A stretch of DNA of 64,000 nucleotides. It comes from Podarcis tiliguerta. Lineage: Eukaryota. Positions 1 to 13,203 of the stretch are shown here, piece by piece (positions within the stretch are counted from its first letter, which is position 1; every line of letters starts with the position of its first letter). Both the position numbers and the translations under genes were made by a program. Under the pieces are notes generated by a model. That model had not been told where the DNA came from. It searched no databases and was given only the letters and a program-made list of their open reading frames with translations. The stretch lies in NCBI GenBank assembly GCA_965153285.1, contig OZ229111.1; one strand, written 5' to 3'.

Positions 1-524
1 AAACCAGAAGATCTTCTGTTAGGAATAGTAGGGAATGAAATAAACAGAAAGGACTGTAAACTTTTCCAATATGCAGTTACAGCGACGAGAATATTAATGG
101 CCCAAAGATGGAAACAGGAGGAAGTACCGACCCTGGAAGAATGGAGAACAAAAATGATGGACTATGCAGAACTGGACAAATTAACTGGGAAGATTAGATA
201 TCAATGAGACCATAAGTTCATCGAGGACTGGGGAAAATTTGTAGAGTATCTGAAAAATATATGTGATGAACAAACAACATTCGTGGGATTTCAAGAAGCT
301 CTGTGAAAGGTTGAGGAGTACTGTAAAAAAGAAAAATAAGATTGGGAAGGTATATAAAAAGGCAGTATTAAATTTAGGAAATGCGTAACTAAATTTTGAC
401 TATGGATGATTGGCAGATAAGCTGAAGGAAGTCCATAATATATAATTTGAGATAAACCTTTGGTATGGTATCATATGTATATTGTATTGAAAACTAATAA
501 AAACTTTTATTTAAAAAAAAAAAA
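1..524 (+). mobile_element. L1-clade LINE 3' end (ORF2 C-terminus, 3'UTR, poly-A), truncated by the window edge
   Basis: Frame 1 reads KPEDLLLGIVGNEINRKDCKLFQYAVTATRILMAQRWKQEEVPTLEEWRTKMMDYAELDKLTGKIRYQ*DHKFIEDWGKFVEYLK..., typical of the non-mammalian L1 ORF2 C-terminus. AATAAA at ~497 is followed by an A-run at ~513-524. A homologous second copy is at 21917-22230. Confidence 0.85.
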
Positions 525-2419
525 GACCAGAACTGTCTCCAATTTTTAATCAATATGCAGATTTGAGGTGAAGGTTTCTGCTCAGGAGGAATATCTGAAG
601 AGTTTCAGAGAAAGCTAAAGGAATTTATATAAAACTGGTGGGACTTCTAAATTGGTTCCACACATTCTTAATTTAAATTTCTTTCTAGAGATTATAGGAT
701 GTAGTCCAAAGTTGGAAGCTCCCTGTAAGCGTGGTTCTGTGCCTGACAATGAAGTAATATTTGTGGTATGGTCATGTGAGCACCAGAGTTTTGCATCTGA
801 ATTATGGACTGGGAGTTCAACTCACAATTTTAGCGCCAGGACATTTATTTACCCAAGCATTTTAATGTTTTTACTTTATAGTCAATTTAAACTGGTTTTA
901 TACAGTGTTTCTTCCCTCCTCCCCCTAGCTTTCTATATTTACATTGCTATAAATGATGTCATTTTCTTGTTTTTGGTATATTGTCATTTTGGTATGTTCT
1001 GTTTCCCATGCTTCAACCTCCCTGGTATTTATATAGATGAAGAATGTGTTCAATGCATGTCAGACTCAGAAGGAAGTTCCACTCAGTTCAGTGGGGCTTA
1101 ATCCTGAGAAAATGGATGCAGGATGGCAGCCTGAATAATATTTTCAATAAATAAAAAAATCATTTCTGCTTTTCTTTTTTTCATTTTACCTTGAACTAGC
1201 CTAAGAGAGCACACACAATATAGCATTTGAATGTGTAAATAATGCACACAGCCCTGGAGAAAGAACCTTTCAGAATACCTTAAGACACTGCTGCATTCCA
1301 GGATTTGAAACCAGTGAGCTTATTCTGCTACGACTGCACCTATTATTATTCTCCAATCCACTTGCATGCATCATGGATGATTGATTGGACAATAGTGACA
1401 GGCTTTTTTCATTGTCGATTTGCTATCAATGTCCTCCTGAAGGAGGATTGTGCTGTTGGGGTGTGTGTGTGGAATTGTTGCCAAAGCTCGTCAGGGAAAG
1501 AGCTGTTTTTGTTTTTGTGAAGAATTTGAGCATGGCTGACAAACTGAAAACTGCAATGTTTGCAGCTCTTTAAATTTAATTCTGGGCCATCTAGATCGGA
1601 GCTAACAATCTTACTCTTCAGTCAGCGAGTGTAAAAGAATAATTTTTCGCTGGAGGCATATATAAAATAAAACATATATTTTACTGTAGTTTTTTTGTAC
1701 ATATATATATATAAACACAATGCGTAATAGGCAATTCTGGAAATATTTTCCCTTTTTAACTTTTGTGGTTTTGGACTAGGAGAGCTGGTCTTAATTAACA
1801 ATCTACTTTCTAACGTTTAAAGAACTGTTCCATTTATCTTTAACATGTTTCTCATTTTTCTCCATTTCAGAGCCTGTAGTCTTCCAGCGCCCACTCCCCA
1901 CACAACCCTCGGGCAAGTCACAGACTTTACAAAAAGGGCCCCCAAAACCCTCGTAGCTTTTAAGATCAAGTATGCATGTGGGAATTAGATTTTTTATTTT
2001 TATTTTTTTACCCTCTGAATGGAGTTCTTGGCTTTGTAGCTCAGTTTTTCATCTATTCTGTAGACTTTTGTTCTGCTACCTCTCTGGGGTTGAAACTGGT
2101 GACCAGCAATATGGATGCAGAACATCTTTCATCCAAAAGCAGGCCAGATACTTCTAAGTAATACAATGTGCAATCCCAAATATAAAGCTTCGTTTTCACT
2201 ACGGAGGACATTTTACACACAAAATAAAACTGTACCTCCTTCAATCTAATTAAAACTGCATGTTTTCTAGTCTTGTTGATGGACACAATGCCACAAAGCA
2301 ATCTATAGAAAATGGGTAAAGAGGCAGGCAGACATGCTGACAAATGTATCACAATATAAGCTTGCATCCTCTACACCAGGCCTGCCAACTGGCAATGCAC
2401 TCCCTGACTTGTACACAAC

Positions 2420-3185
2420 CAGGTATTGCAGCTTCAGGTTTTGGGTGGCCCTGAGCAAGGTGTTGTTAATGCCCACCCCCCACCCCCGGGCAAAAAAAGG
2501 TCCCCCCAGAACTCACCGCCACTCCTCCCCACCCTAGTGATGTTGGTGCTGGAACCACCAGCAGTCTCTCTGTTCTATGAGTGTGGAAGCCAAATAGGCT
2601 TTTTTGTTTGTGGCAGTAGCGCCATAATAGGCTGGAAGCCACACAGCTGCTCAGCTCTGATGGCAGCTTCTACATATCTCTATCAACACTAAGGAAACCT
2701 TTTTGGGTTGGACTGTTAGTGGCTGCAGTATTGCCATGGTCGACAGCAGTCACATTTGAACCAACAGAGGACCAGAGCAGGAACAATGACTTGCCCCCCC
2801 ACATTGAGGGTGCACGGTCATGTGACGTGATGCGTCACGTGATGCCACCTGGAATGTACCAGACAGGGGCAGGTTGCACAGAGGGCGATATCTGTTTGCT
2901 CATCCCAGCCATGGTCCAGGAGCTCAGGAGCCAGGCAGAGGCTGGGACGAGTGAATCAAAGATTGTCCACGCTCCTCCCAGCTGTGCGGAGTTTGGGATG
3001 AGCATGGGTGATCTTTGCTTCATTCATCCCAGCTGCAGCCTGGCTCCTGGGCTGCTGGGTGGAGGCTGGGGCGCATGGAGGGCACCCAGTGGCAGCTCCC
3101 TCAATATTGGGGGGGCACTGCCCCCTGCCCCCAAAATATTGGGGGAGCTGAAGCCCCTCTGCCCTCTATACCTGGTGCCGCTGGG
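2420..3185. mobile_element. probable non-autonomous DNA-transposon-derived segment
   Basis: GC-rich block with MITE-like terminal motifs (GGCCCTGAGCAA...; AATATTGGGGGG twice; CCTGGTGCCGCTG). No clean TIR/TSD pair resolved. Confidence 0.3.
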
Positions 3186-4149
3186 CCAGAGTGGTGGCTG
3201 AAGTCACAGTAATGCTGAGATGAGGATGTGGTCCCAAACAAAAGGCCAGCCCCAGCAGATGTCCAAGTAATTGGAAGCTGACACTGGACATGTTTGTGTC
3301 CAGAGTCAACCCAAGATATTGCGTTGGTGCAGTTTTTCTGCCACTGCTATAGCAGCAACAGTTGGATGCCATTTTGAATCAAGATAGTGGATTGAAACAT
3401 CCAGAGTTGAACCAAATAGCTTCTATGCCTCTGAGATGTACTGAGTCAGCAATCACACTCTCAAATATTCTATTGACTGGCAGGGAATAAGAAAAATAAA
3501 TCTCCCCACCCCAGCTCCAGCTCCAACCACGGAGACAACAGGATCTGAGGTGTATTAACTGTTTCCTACTACCCTTGGTCCCTTTCTTGATGAGAGCAGC
3601 ATTATAACAGCAGGCCCTTCCTCAACCTCTGCAAACTATTCTAAGGACAACATGCATATTGTGGTTTCAATTTGAAGGGGGGTCAGTCTTTTCCCTTCTT
3701 CTAGAAAGCTTGATAGTGCAGATGCTCTCCAGTGAGTGCTAATGAACAGATTAAACAGAAGTCTCTGAGTCTCTGGTGAGATGTTCAATGGACTTCAGCA
3801 ATTGCAGAATCTAGGTATTTTGATTTGAATTGCACAAGTGGGGAATTTCACTTGCAAATCTCATTTTGAAATGAATTAAGCCCAAGTTCAGGTTGAAAAT
3901 GCAGAAAAGAATGTAGGAAACATCACAAAATCTAGTGGAAATGTTTCAGAGCAGAAATCACAAGAGCTGAAGGGAAGAGGTGAAAAGTCCCTGAAAAGAT
4001 GAGCTGATTTAATCAGCAAAATAAAGAAAGACTGTCACTGCTAAACCCATGAAATGTTTCATTATTTATAAACTGAGGAGGGGTGGGCTGACAGAATCAG
4101 ACATATATTTTGCAAGGGAGAAGGAAAACATAAACTTGAGTTGGAGAAA

Positions 4150-4620
4150 AAGGATAAGAAATGCCTACATCTGAATGCTGATAATGCTCCAGAGGCAGAC
4201 ATACGTGATGAATCCCAGATTTCAGAAAGACGTGACACTGTAAATATGGGAACCTTCCGTTGATCTATTCAAAACCTCTCCAAAATGAGTGGGTTTTGGA
4301 AGGATATAGGGGATGCTAATGTACTGCTGATATTTGAGAAGAGTGCTAGGAAATATCTATGAAAATGCAGACATGCAAGCATGACTTTAGTCGGCGCAGA
4401 CATTATGGGAAAAGCTCAATAACAGGAACCGAAAGGAGAACACCTGGAAAGTTATGATTTAATTAAGGACAGTCAGCATGGATTTGCACAAAACGAATCA
4501 TGCCTAACAAATCAGATTTATGGTGGAAGTAACAGAAAGACCAGGCAAAGGTTAAGCCATGGACATAAGGAAAACTTTTGATACAGTACAGCTCAAGGAA
4601 TTGACATGTAAATAAAGAAT
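4150..4620 (+). mobile_element. ancient decayed CR1 LINE ORF2 (reverse transcriptase N-terminal part)
   Basis: Frameshifted but collinear CR1 motifs: LNADNAPEAD (cf. LN..KSPGPD), DANVLLIFEK (cf. ANVVPIFKK), HLESYDLIKDSQHGFAQNESCLTN (cf. SQHGF..GRSCLTNL), KTFDTV (cf. KAFDTV). Probably extends upstream to ~3800. Confidence 0.75.
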
Positions 4621-5940
4621 GACACAGAAGGGAGATGCAAACTGACTGGACAACAGAGATACGGACAAGGGAGGAGCATGATCTTGGAACAGAAAGAACT
4701 TAACTGAAAAGATTAGCACATACCTAAAAGAAGGTGTTAGATGGACAGCACTAACATGATCCTGCAGTTCTGGATTCTGGGGTTTGGACAGAGACCAAAA
4801 ATGTGGTTCTTTTTAAAATATTGGTTGGTTTCTGGCATTTTAAACTGCTTCATAAGCAAGAGGGAAACTTCTTCAGAGATACAGAGCAGCCTGGCAAAAT
4901 TTGGCACAGGATTTGTTCTTGTTGTGTAATCTAACATCTAAATGTTATTTACTCGGCAGGATCCAGAGGTGACTCCTGGCTTTCGAAAGTTTAAAATTCT
5001 GCCCCTATGGAGATGGTGGGGTTTGGCAGCTCCTCCTCATTCATCCTACCAAGCTCTATGGCTGGGGGAGCTTGTAACAGGACTAGTCTCCCTCTGCCAA
5101 TCCTTATAGCTGTATGTATCATCCATCCTGTGATTATTTATCACCTTTATTCCCCATCTTTCCACTAAACACATTCGGGTTATTTATTTATTTGTTGCAA
5201 TATTTATACCCTGGTTTTTCACCTTTCAGGCTTCGCAAGGTGGCCAAGTGTGTTTGTTTCATTCAACCTATACAGCTCTGAGAAGCATTAGGCTGAGACA
5301 GTAGGCCTGAGCATGGGTTTGAATATGAGTCTCCCTAGAATTATATATTATGCCAATCCTCTCCACATGACATACAGATTCTGGCTTCCTGAAACCTTGC
5401 TGCCCCTTCCTACTGCAGCTGGTATATCAGCTGGGTTTCCACTAGTGGGGCACAATAGTTGAATCCCACCCAAGCTACATATAACACTGGGCTCTCTTTC
5501 TCTTCTCTTTCCCCCTCCCTCTGTCACTGAGCAGAAGACTAAATGAACCAAAGCAGTATAGGGATTTATACACACGGCCTCTTATTAAGTGCTTCTCTGG
5601 ACCGCCACCCAATATGGCCTGCCCTTGGTATCTTCCATGGTAACCAACGGAATGCAAGATGTTGTGCAGGTCAAATGGCAATATATCCTTGGTACATCTA
5701 TACATGGGGGTATGTATGTATAAAGCGGAAGGAGAGCGAAAAAGTCAGTGATGTATATACCTGGGGGGGGGGGGACTAATACAAAATGTGAAGACAAAAA
5801 TAAAATTTGAATGGAGAAGGGGAAGAACATGAGCCATTATCTTTCGCTTCTCTTTTCTTCCTGCTGCTTAACACTTGAAGGTGGTATATTAGTGAATGCA
5901 ATGGCCTTTCTGACAAGCTCTGACAGAACAAATCACTCAC

Positions 5941-6024
5941 CACATCATCCCTGTCTTCCCACTCCACCTCGGAAAGGTCAACGCTGCTATAGTTGGGCTT
6001 CCTTCGCTTTTTTACTTCTTCATA
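5941..6024 (-). CDS. CACNA2D3: CACNA2D3 coding exon (about exon 18), 84 nt, YEEVKKRRKPNYSSVDLSEVEWEDRDDV
   Basis: Minus strand ...ttttaaatctag|TATGAAGAA...GATGATGTG|gtgagt. The peptide matches the recalled alpha2delta-3 sequence YEEGKKRRKPNYSSVDLSEVEWEDRDDV and continues in frame from exon 21746-21820. Confidence 0.97.
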
Positions 6025-8429
6025 CTAGATTTAAAAAAAGATATGTGTTGTTGTTTTTTTAAAAAAGACATTGGACAAAATGATGAGCCATTTCTTTACA
6101 ACCTCAAGTTCAGCTTTCATGCTAGATAGGTGTTTAGATGCAATGGGTGGTTTCAGCAATGTCTTTGGTTAACCCCGAGGTAAGCACACACAGCTTTACA
6201 CAAACAAATGTTTTGTTTTAACACAACTCTTTGGGGCTCCAGAATGGATTTCCTTTCATCAGAACGTGCCCTTTTCACAGACTGTAAGCACAGCAATTGT
6301 CAGTGTACCCTTGACACCGAGGAATCGGGGACAAATAAACTGGGACACCTAATAAAATAAAATTGCTTTGTATGAACACCACATACATTAGACTACCAGC
6401 TACTACACCATATGGAAAGTATGCAAGTCGTACTCTCAAAGTTTATAAAATACATCCTGAAATAGTTATTGCAGCCATGCAGGAAGTGATATTTCCTAAA
6501 GTGTTATCAACAAAACGTTTACATATTTTTCTTTAAACAAGATAAGGCTCTATTCGTAGGAAGTTTGGTGTTAATATCTGCTGATACTGTACGTTATCAG
6601 CCCTTTCATGGGGGCACATGGGTGGGAGAATACAAGAAGCACGCTAGACATGCTATTTGTTTTTATCACTAATATGGTAACACTGTAAATCTCACATTTT
6701 AAAATAAGCATCACATGATGACAAATGGCTTTGACACTGGCGTTCCTGTAATGTGGGAAAATCCTGCCCCCTGCTGCACATCACAACTGAGAGACCCTGA
6801 AGAAACACCTTGTTATGGGTTAAAGCTAATACCTACAATGAAATGTTGTGAGCTCACCCAAGAAAATAAATCAATGCATTCTGTTACGAGTACATCTCAA
6901 GTGCACACAGTTATTCTGTATTACTCGGTGTTAAAACTAAGGCTGTACAAAATCCACAGAAAGACATCCACCTGAAAAACTCTTTTCTGGCACCGAGGTA
7001 TGAATTCTGCCAAACATCTAACTGCCTATACAAATTCTGCCAGCATTACTCTGAGGAATTGTTTGCTTCAGGAAAAGGTGTTAAATTCTTTTAAGCACAC
7101 ATGCTTTGTTCACAGCTGCACTGCACAATGGATTCTGTAATCTCAGTGTGGCAATCTAGAAACATTTTTACCTTTATTCACACAGACGTGAGAGAGGGCT
7201 AAATTTCTGAGGATTGTAGCATCTTCTGAACATTTTTACTTTGGCCAGCATGTTTCAGAACATTTCCACAGTTAGGGCAAAATACAACCTCCCCACTCCA
7301 CACCAGCAGGGTTCTGCAGAGTGGCAGAATTATTTACTGCACCTTCAGCTCCGCTGCAGTGGAAGAGGGGGGAGACCATTCAGACCTGCTCATTCACAAG
7401 CTCCAGGCTAGCATAGTGATTGGGTTTGAATCAGGCTTGAGGCCATCACCCAACAGCAGTGATACTAGCTTAAGAGCCAGCAAACTGCCACCTCCTCCAC
7501 TCTCAGAACAGCACATTTTGGGGCCTTTTCTCTGGGCTCTGTCGACATTGGTATAACCAATACTCTTGCCTACCCTCATATATGGCAGCAGGCAGCAGGC
7601 CTACTCAGACAGCAGAGCTGAGCAGAGGGAGATTTCCCCTCAATCTGACCCTCTGCCACAGCCTGGCATAAGGAAAACTTGGATTGTCCTCTCAATCTCT
7701 CTCTAATCCTCCAATATTCCTCAGATAAAAATAGGGACATTTCTCCCTCCCTCCCGCAATTGATCCCCCCCCCCCAAATTTTTTGTCATCTCCCCCTCCC
7801 CCCTGAGCATTTCTCCACCACTACACACCCTCCACTCTCCTGAGATTTTGTTTTATTCTTTGGTAGATTTACAAAAAGAAAAACACATACAAATAAATAA
7901 ATTTTAGAAAGGAGCAAGATTAAATGCAGACGCACAAAGCATTTTTTAAAATAAAAAAATCAAGCCTCCTTGTGATCCGCTCCCCCTTTCTTCCTCTGTC
8001 TGCCCCTCAGAGCTGGCATGGGACGTAGGGCTGGGCCTCAGTGGTGACAGCCTCCCCTCCTCCTTGCCCACTTTCTAGCAGCCACTATGAGCTGCCCAAG
8101 GAAGGAGGCTGACAGCATTGGCATGCTTACAGCAGTACCAGCCTGATGGAACATGTATGAAACCCATAACAAACACGGGAAAGCACTGAAACTCCTTCCT
8201 TTTGGGTAACTGTTACAGGTTTAATCGGGCACGTTGCCGAAACTTTAATATTGCTTTTCTTATTGTTAACATGCTTTTATAATTATTTCTATCTCAGTTT
8301 TTCTCTTTCTTTTATCTTGCATTGTTGTTCTGATGATTTACTCAAGTTGTTATAAGTAATGCAGGGTGTAAATCAACTTAATATAAATAATACAGATTGG
8401 CATGAATCCAGATAGTTGATGTCCAGGCG

Positions 8430-8560
8430 GTGGGGAACAACCATGGGAGAGGGCTATTACTGCCTGCATGTCCTGATCGTTGACTTCCCAAAGTCATCTG
8501 TTTGGCCACAGTGAGAGACATAGGATGTTGGACGTGATAGGCCTGTGGTTTGATTTAAAC
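8430..8560 (+). mobile_element. CR1-type LINE 3' UTR fragment
   Basis: GGAGAGGGCTATT...CTTCCCAAAGTCATCTGTTTGGCCACAGTGAGA...GGATGTTGGAC resembles squamate CR1 3' ends. Confidence 0.55.
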
Positions 8561-9904
8561 TTCACTCACAGAATAATCCCATTGCGGGGAAAGGAGAGGG
8601 GATTTTCACCATTTCCCCCCTCTTTTTGGAAAGCTTCCCCAGAGAGTTGGGAAGCTTTCCTGAAGAGAGCGGGCTACAGTGGGAAGGTACCCCCCACCTT
8701 CCTGCAGCAGGAACCTCTGCTGCATCTTGTTCCCCTGCATCGATGGAAGAAGCAGAAGTTAAAAAGGGCTCGCAACACTGCCAGGTGTTGCCGGTGGGAT
8801 AAGAAATTTGTTTAGTTCAAATATCCAAATGACTCAAGCATGTAATAGGGAGATGGGGAGGGGGAGGGGGAGAGTAACATTTTAAAAGCAACATGCAAAT
8901 CCAGTTTGCTAATATCCTTGGCTCTAGACAACATACTTTCTTAGCGAGTGAGCACTTAACAAGGTAAGGCAGAAATATCACGTGACAAGTCTAGCCTAGG
9001 GAACCCCACCCAGTGTTGGGTTTCATTATTAGAATGGAAGTTAGGCTTCAGCCTTTGGAGTTGCAAAACTACCTCTCTGCTCCATTTATCGGAGTTAAAT
9101 TCCCAGAGGAAGAATTAAGTTGGCATACGTACAACTCTCCCCCTGGGGATGTGTCTGGGAGCAGCACGGGCTCTCGGTTTAAATCTCCACTGGCAGGCTT
9201 TTAAGCTTTTTTTTAAGTTAATTTGCTTTTAAAAAAAAACTGGTTTCCTGCAATCCTAGTATCATGTGAGCTGCATTTATTTTGCAGCTGAGCATGATCC
9301 TTTACTGAGCCCTGCTGGGCCCTGAATTTGTAAAGCATTTGAAATGTGTTCACTCATAAATGGGTCCTTGTAAAAGCAAACTCCCAAGATTAAGATTAAA
9401 CAAAAGTGTGACTTTCTTTGCTTTCTTATAAGAGAATAAGAGCTAACCTTTTCCCTCCCTTTCCAAAGAAAGAGCTGCAGACCAAAGCTATAATTTAAGA
9501 TTTTAATCCAGAAATTCTTAGATTATGGTTGGCAATGAAGACCAGTTATTTTGGATTGGATGTCCATGCCAGCTGGCAGTAACAATCTGCCATGCAGTAA
9601 AATTTCCAACCCATAATGCAATGAAAAAAAACCCAACCCTTAACTATGTCACATAAAAGGAGGGGCAGTGGGTGGGGGAATAAACCTCAGCTTTCACACA
9701 GGGGGAAAAAGGGAAGCAAATAAAGATGTACAGCCCTGAAAGAACCCCCTAGCAATGTAATGTATGAGATAATTTTGATTTCTCATCCGCCACCCCCACC
9801 CCCCAAGTACACGCTTATGTTACAGATAACACAGAACACATTTAAACCTCTGGTTCTCAAAGTGAAAAAGTCTTCTAAAGAGATATAAACAGCTGTTGGT
9901 AGCA

Positions 9905-9976
9905 CAGAATTATAGAATTGTAGAGTTGGAAGGGACCCCGAGAGTAATCTAGTCCAACCACCTGCAATGCAGGAGT
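9905..9976 (-). mobile_element. CR1 LINE extreme 3' tail
   Basis: Reverse complement reads CCTGCATTGCAGG...GGTTGGACTAGAT...GGTCCCTTCCAACTCTACAATTCTATAATTCT, the CR1 terminal hairpin plus ATTCTRTG-type octamer tail. Confidence 0.8.
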
Positions 9977-10906
9977 GCATAAATATATGAATGTATGAAA
10001 AGAAGCTGACTAATCCCTCCTCAGGGATTAGTCAGGCAAGTCTTTGTCCTAATTCATCAAACCTACCTAATCATAACAATGCAAGTATTATAAGGAATCC
10101 ATCAATGCAACTGATAATGGGAGCTATTGGAACTTCACCCACCTCTCCCATTGATATTTTCAACTTTGGATAACTTTGAAGCAGAAGGTAGATCAGAATG
10201 CCCTGGCTAGACAGAAGATAGATCAGCTTCCACTAGATCTCAGACTGATTTACAGCATATCGACAAGGATTCTGACTGTCAGCAGCAACATTGGTAATAA
10301 CAATAACGACACCCTTCTAAATTAGGCTGCTGAGATAAAGTTTGTTGGGGTAGGATTTTGTGTGTGACAGAACTATGAGGATATGCTCAGAGGCACTCTG
10401 TTACTTAATTCTAAGAATACGCTGACACCCCCATTACTGTTCTGACTCTCGTTGGTGGATCTTGGGGTTCTAGTAAAAAAATAATTAAAAACAGAGCAGA
10501 TCCCACAAGCCTGGACTCTAAAGGCCCTCAAAGCCCCATTCTTTCTGAGCTGAGAACCTTTGCTATAGACAGATTATACAGCTGAGGTATCTGTATTTTT
10601 ACCTTGGCTGTCCTCTCATGCTACTTCTGAGGAGATAAAGTCACTCTTCAGTACAGCTGGAACTTGCTGCTTTTCAAAAGTCCCCCCCCCCCCAACGTGG
10701 TAAATACTACTTTCACAACGTGAAAAGGCAGCTGTATGGAATAGCCTGAAGCGCTTGGATCTTGTGGCAAAATGCCTTGTGGTAATTTTGTCATATGAAA
10801 TAGAGAATCTGCCCTCTGTTTTGTATTTCTGGAGAGCCAAATGGATCAAGCATGACTAAAAGGGGCTTCCTTACTACAAGGCTTTAAGAAGTATTGATCA
10901 AAATAA

Positions 10907-11030
10907 GGGGTAGACAACATGGTGCCATCCAGCTACCATTGGACTCCAATGCTCATCAGCCTCGGCCAGCATAACCAGGGATGATAGGAGCTAAATAAAA
11001 TTTGGAGGGTACCACACTGGCTACCCCTGG
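10907..11030. mobile_element. decayed palindromic hAT-type MITE (same family as 52911-53046)
   Basis: Ends AGGGGTAG...CTACCCCTG; internal CCATCCAG/TGGAGGG and CATCAGCC/GGGATGAT symmetry. Further decayed relatives at ~16980-17095, ~31290-31350 and ~58490-58600. Confidence 0.6.
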
Positions 11031-12029
11031 TCTAAATTAATGACAGAGAAAATAGTGCACAGATCTTTATGTACCTATAAAGACTGGGTAAACAATACCT
11101 TCAGATCAGATCAACCACATACAAGCAGATTAGTAGTGTGACGTGTACTTGATTCTTTCCACGGCAAACCCTCTTAATTTAGGATTTAATTTGCATTCTT
11201 AAGACCTTATCATTCAGGATTATGTAAAACTGACAGCTGCTTATAATTATATCTTCTTAGAGTGGAAATAATTTAAACCATCTGCCATCATTTCAACATT
11301 ACCAGACTTAAAACTCGGTGAGCTTGTTTCTACCTAACGTCAAAGTTGAAAGTAAAGAAGCAAAGTAAACTGCAAGTATATTACTACCAAATTTCTTGCA
11401 TTTCATTTGTATGTGCAACTGGTTTTTCCAGCAAGGCATTCAAACTCTTAATTATCTTTTTAATATATGTAATTTAGGATTGCTAATTAGATAGCAATTT
11501 AATGCCCTCACAGGGATTCAGATGCTCTTTCTTTTTCAACATGTAAACTCCGACAGGAATAATTGTTGACATTCAAGTAATTGAACTCTTCAGTTATTTA
11601 AATGAACACAAGGCATTTACACTGTTCAAATCATTTAAATATTCCACTGTCAGCTACAGCTGTAGAGTTTTATGGAGTCTCTGAAAAAGCAAGGGTAAGT
11701 GTAGGTTATCTTAGTTTTCAGGCAGGACTCCCCAGAGAGAAATGAGATTTGCTGCTTATGAAAGGCTAACACCGTTTAAGTGGGGCATTAATGTTTCCTC
11801 TGAGACTTGGATTTCTCTGTTTTTCTATATTAGGAGAAACAAATTTTCCCAGAATTTACAGCTATGAAAGCCTTAATACTGGTTTAGCAATCTTTAAACA
11901 CACCGGGTCTTTTTTGCTACATACAATGCATTGTGGCTGTTAACATTTACTGGTAACTTAAACTCAGCAACTTGCTTTGGGTACAAAACTGCCATCGTAT
12001 TTAGGGGAAAGTTTTTATCTTTCGTTCCC

Positions 12030-12053
12030 ATATATATATATATATATATATAT
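12030..12053. repeat. (TA)n microsatellite
   Basis: Direct reading. Confidence 0.95.
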
Positions 12054-13203
12054 ACAACTTCCTTTACCAAGGCCAATGATGAAAACAATTGTATAAGGGC
12101 AGTTATGATTCTGTGAATATTTTTCATGTTAACTTCCTTTTTAAAGAAGAACAAATAGGATTTTGTAGAATATAGGATTACTACAAAAATGAAACCAACA
12201 CTGTCATCAAATCTGAACTAATGTTGGGAATTTGTGCTCTTATTATGTACATGAGTTGTAGCTTGCCTGTAAGTAAAGGAAAGTTTCATTTGCACTGAGC
12301 TATCCTACGTGACTAGAAATAAGTGTGAGATCACGTGGCTTGCAAAGAAACTGCTGAGTTAAACTGTCACATGCTTGTGGTCATAAGAATAAGCGATCGA
12401 AGAGGAGTGGGACTAGAAGCAAACTGCATGATTATTTTCATGCAGGGCAAATGCAGAGAGCTCAGTGCAAATGGTACCTTACCTGGCTAAACTGTAAATA
12501 TGGAGATCTTCCTTGATGGAAAATACATATTGTTAAAAGAGATAATATACTGGTATTGATGGCCTGTATGCAGTGCTAGTGTGGGCCTAATGCTTGAAAA
12601 AGTAAGAAACTAGCTATGGCGATGAGCTGATATCCTTTCATCAATTATATGCTTCTGGGTTAGAGTGCTCCTAGTGGCAGATTTGCTCAATTGAAATCAC
12701 AGGGTTTTGGCATGCAGGTGTGAAGGTTGGCGGGCATCATGAAATGTTTTGATAAATTGATGAAAGAGGGTACTGACCAGGAGTCAGTGTTCTTAGCATA
12801 TGTGGGCACCAATGTCAATGGAAAAAAGAGTATACCCCAGATTCTGGAGCCAAGTGGCAGCAGGGGGCTATTTTCCACTTGTCTTTGTATGATATATTAT
12901 AGAATCTCTTAACAACGCATGGAAAACCTGGTGTGTGGTTTGAATCTCTATTTCAATTTTTTAAAATACCATTTATTGGGAGGGGGGAATCAAACCCTGT
13001 GGTACATTCTCAATGTCTTTTTCTCGCTTATGGTTTGATAACATAATGCTAACATTACATTCCTAAATTAAATTGTGTCTGATCCATGATGTTTCTCAAT
13101 CCAGCATTGGTGCCTATAAACAAAACAAAGTACAACAGCTGATGAGGTTCTTTTCAGAAAATGAAAGTTCAACAGCCTGCTGTAAAATAATAACAAATAA
13201 CAT

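Noticed and set aside
652-1101. 149-aa plus-strand ORF
   Set aside because: Non-ATG start, low-complexity hydrophobic translation of T-rich intron, no recognisable domain, ends in an interspersed repeat.
2719-3201. 160-aa plus-strand ORF
   Set aside because: Lies in a GC-rich transposon-like block where stops are rare; no protein family resemblance.
5475-5830. Overlapping ORFs considered as an endogenous hepadnavirus or GIY-YIG fragment
   Set aside because: Only 4-5 residue resemblances (MGVC, LTCTTS) and no collinear motifs.
1-5940. Next exon LRNAMVNRKTG... and the nested LRTM1 gene known from mammalian CACNA2D3
   Set aside because: Neither the exon nor any leucine-rich-repeat coding sequence was seen; both are expected to the left of the window.
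10600-10660. Exon-like segment with an AAG|gtaaaa donor
   Set aside because: No pyrimidine tract, immediate stop, and no alpha2delta peptide is missing between exons 17 and 18.
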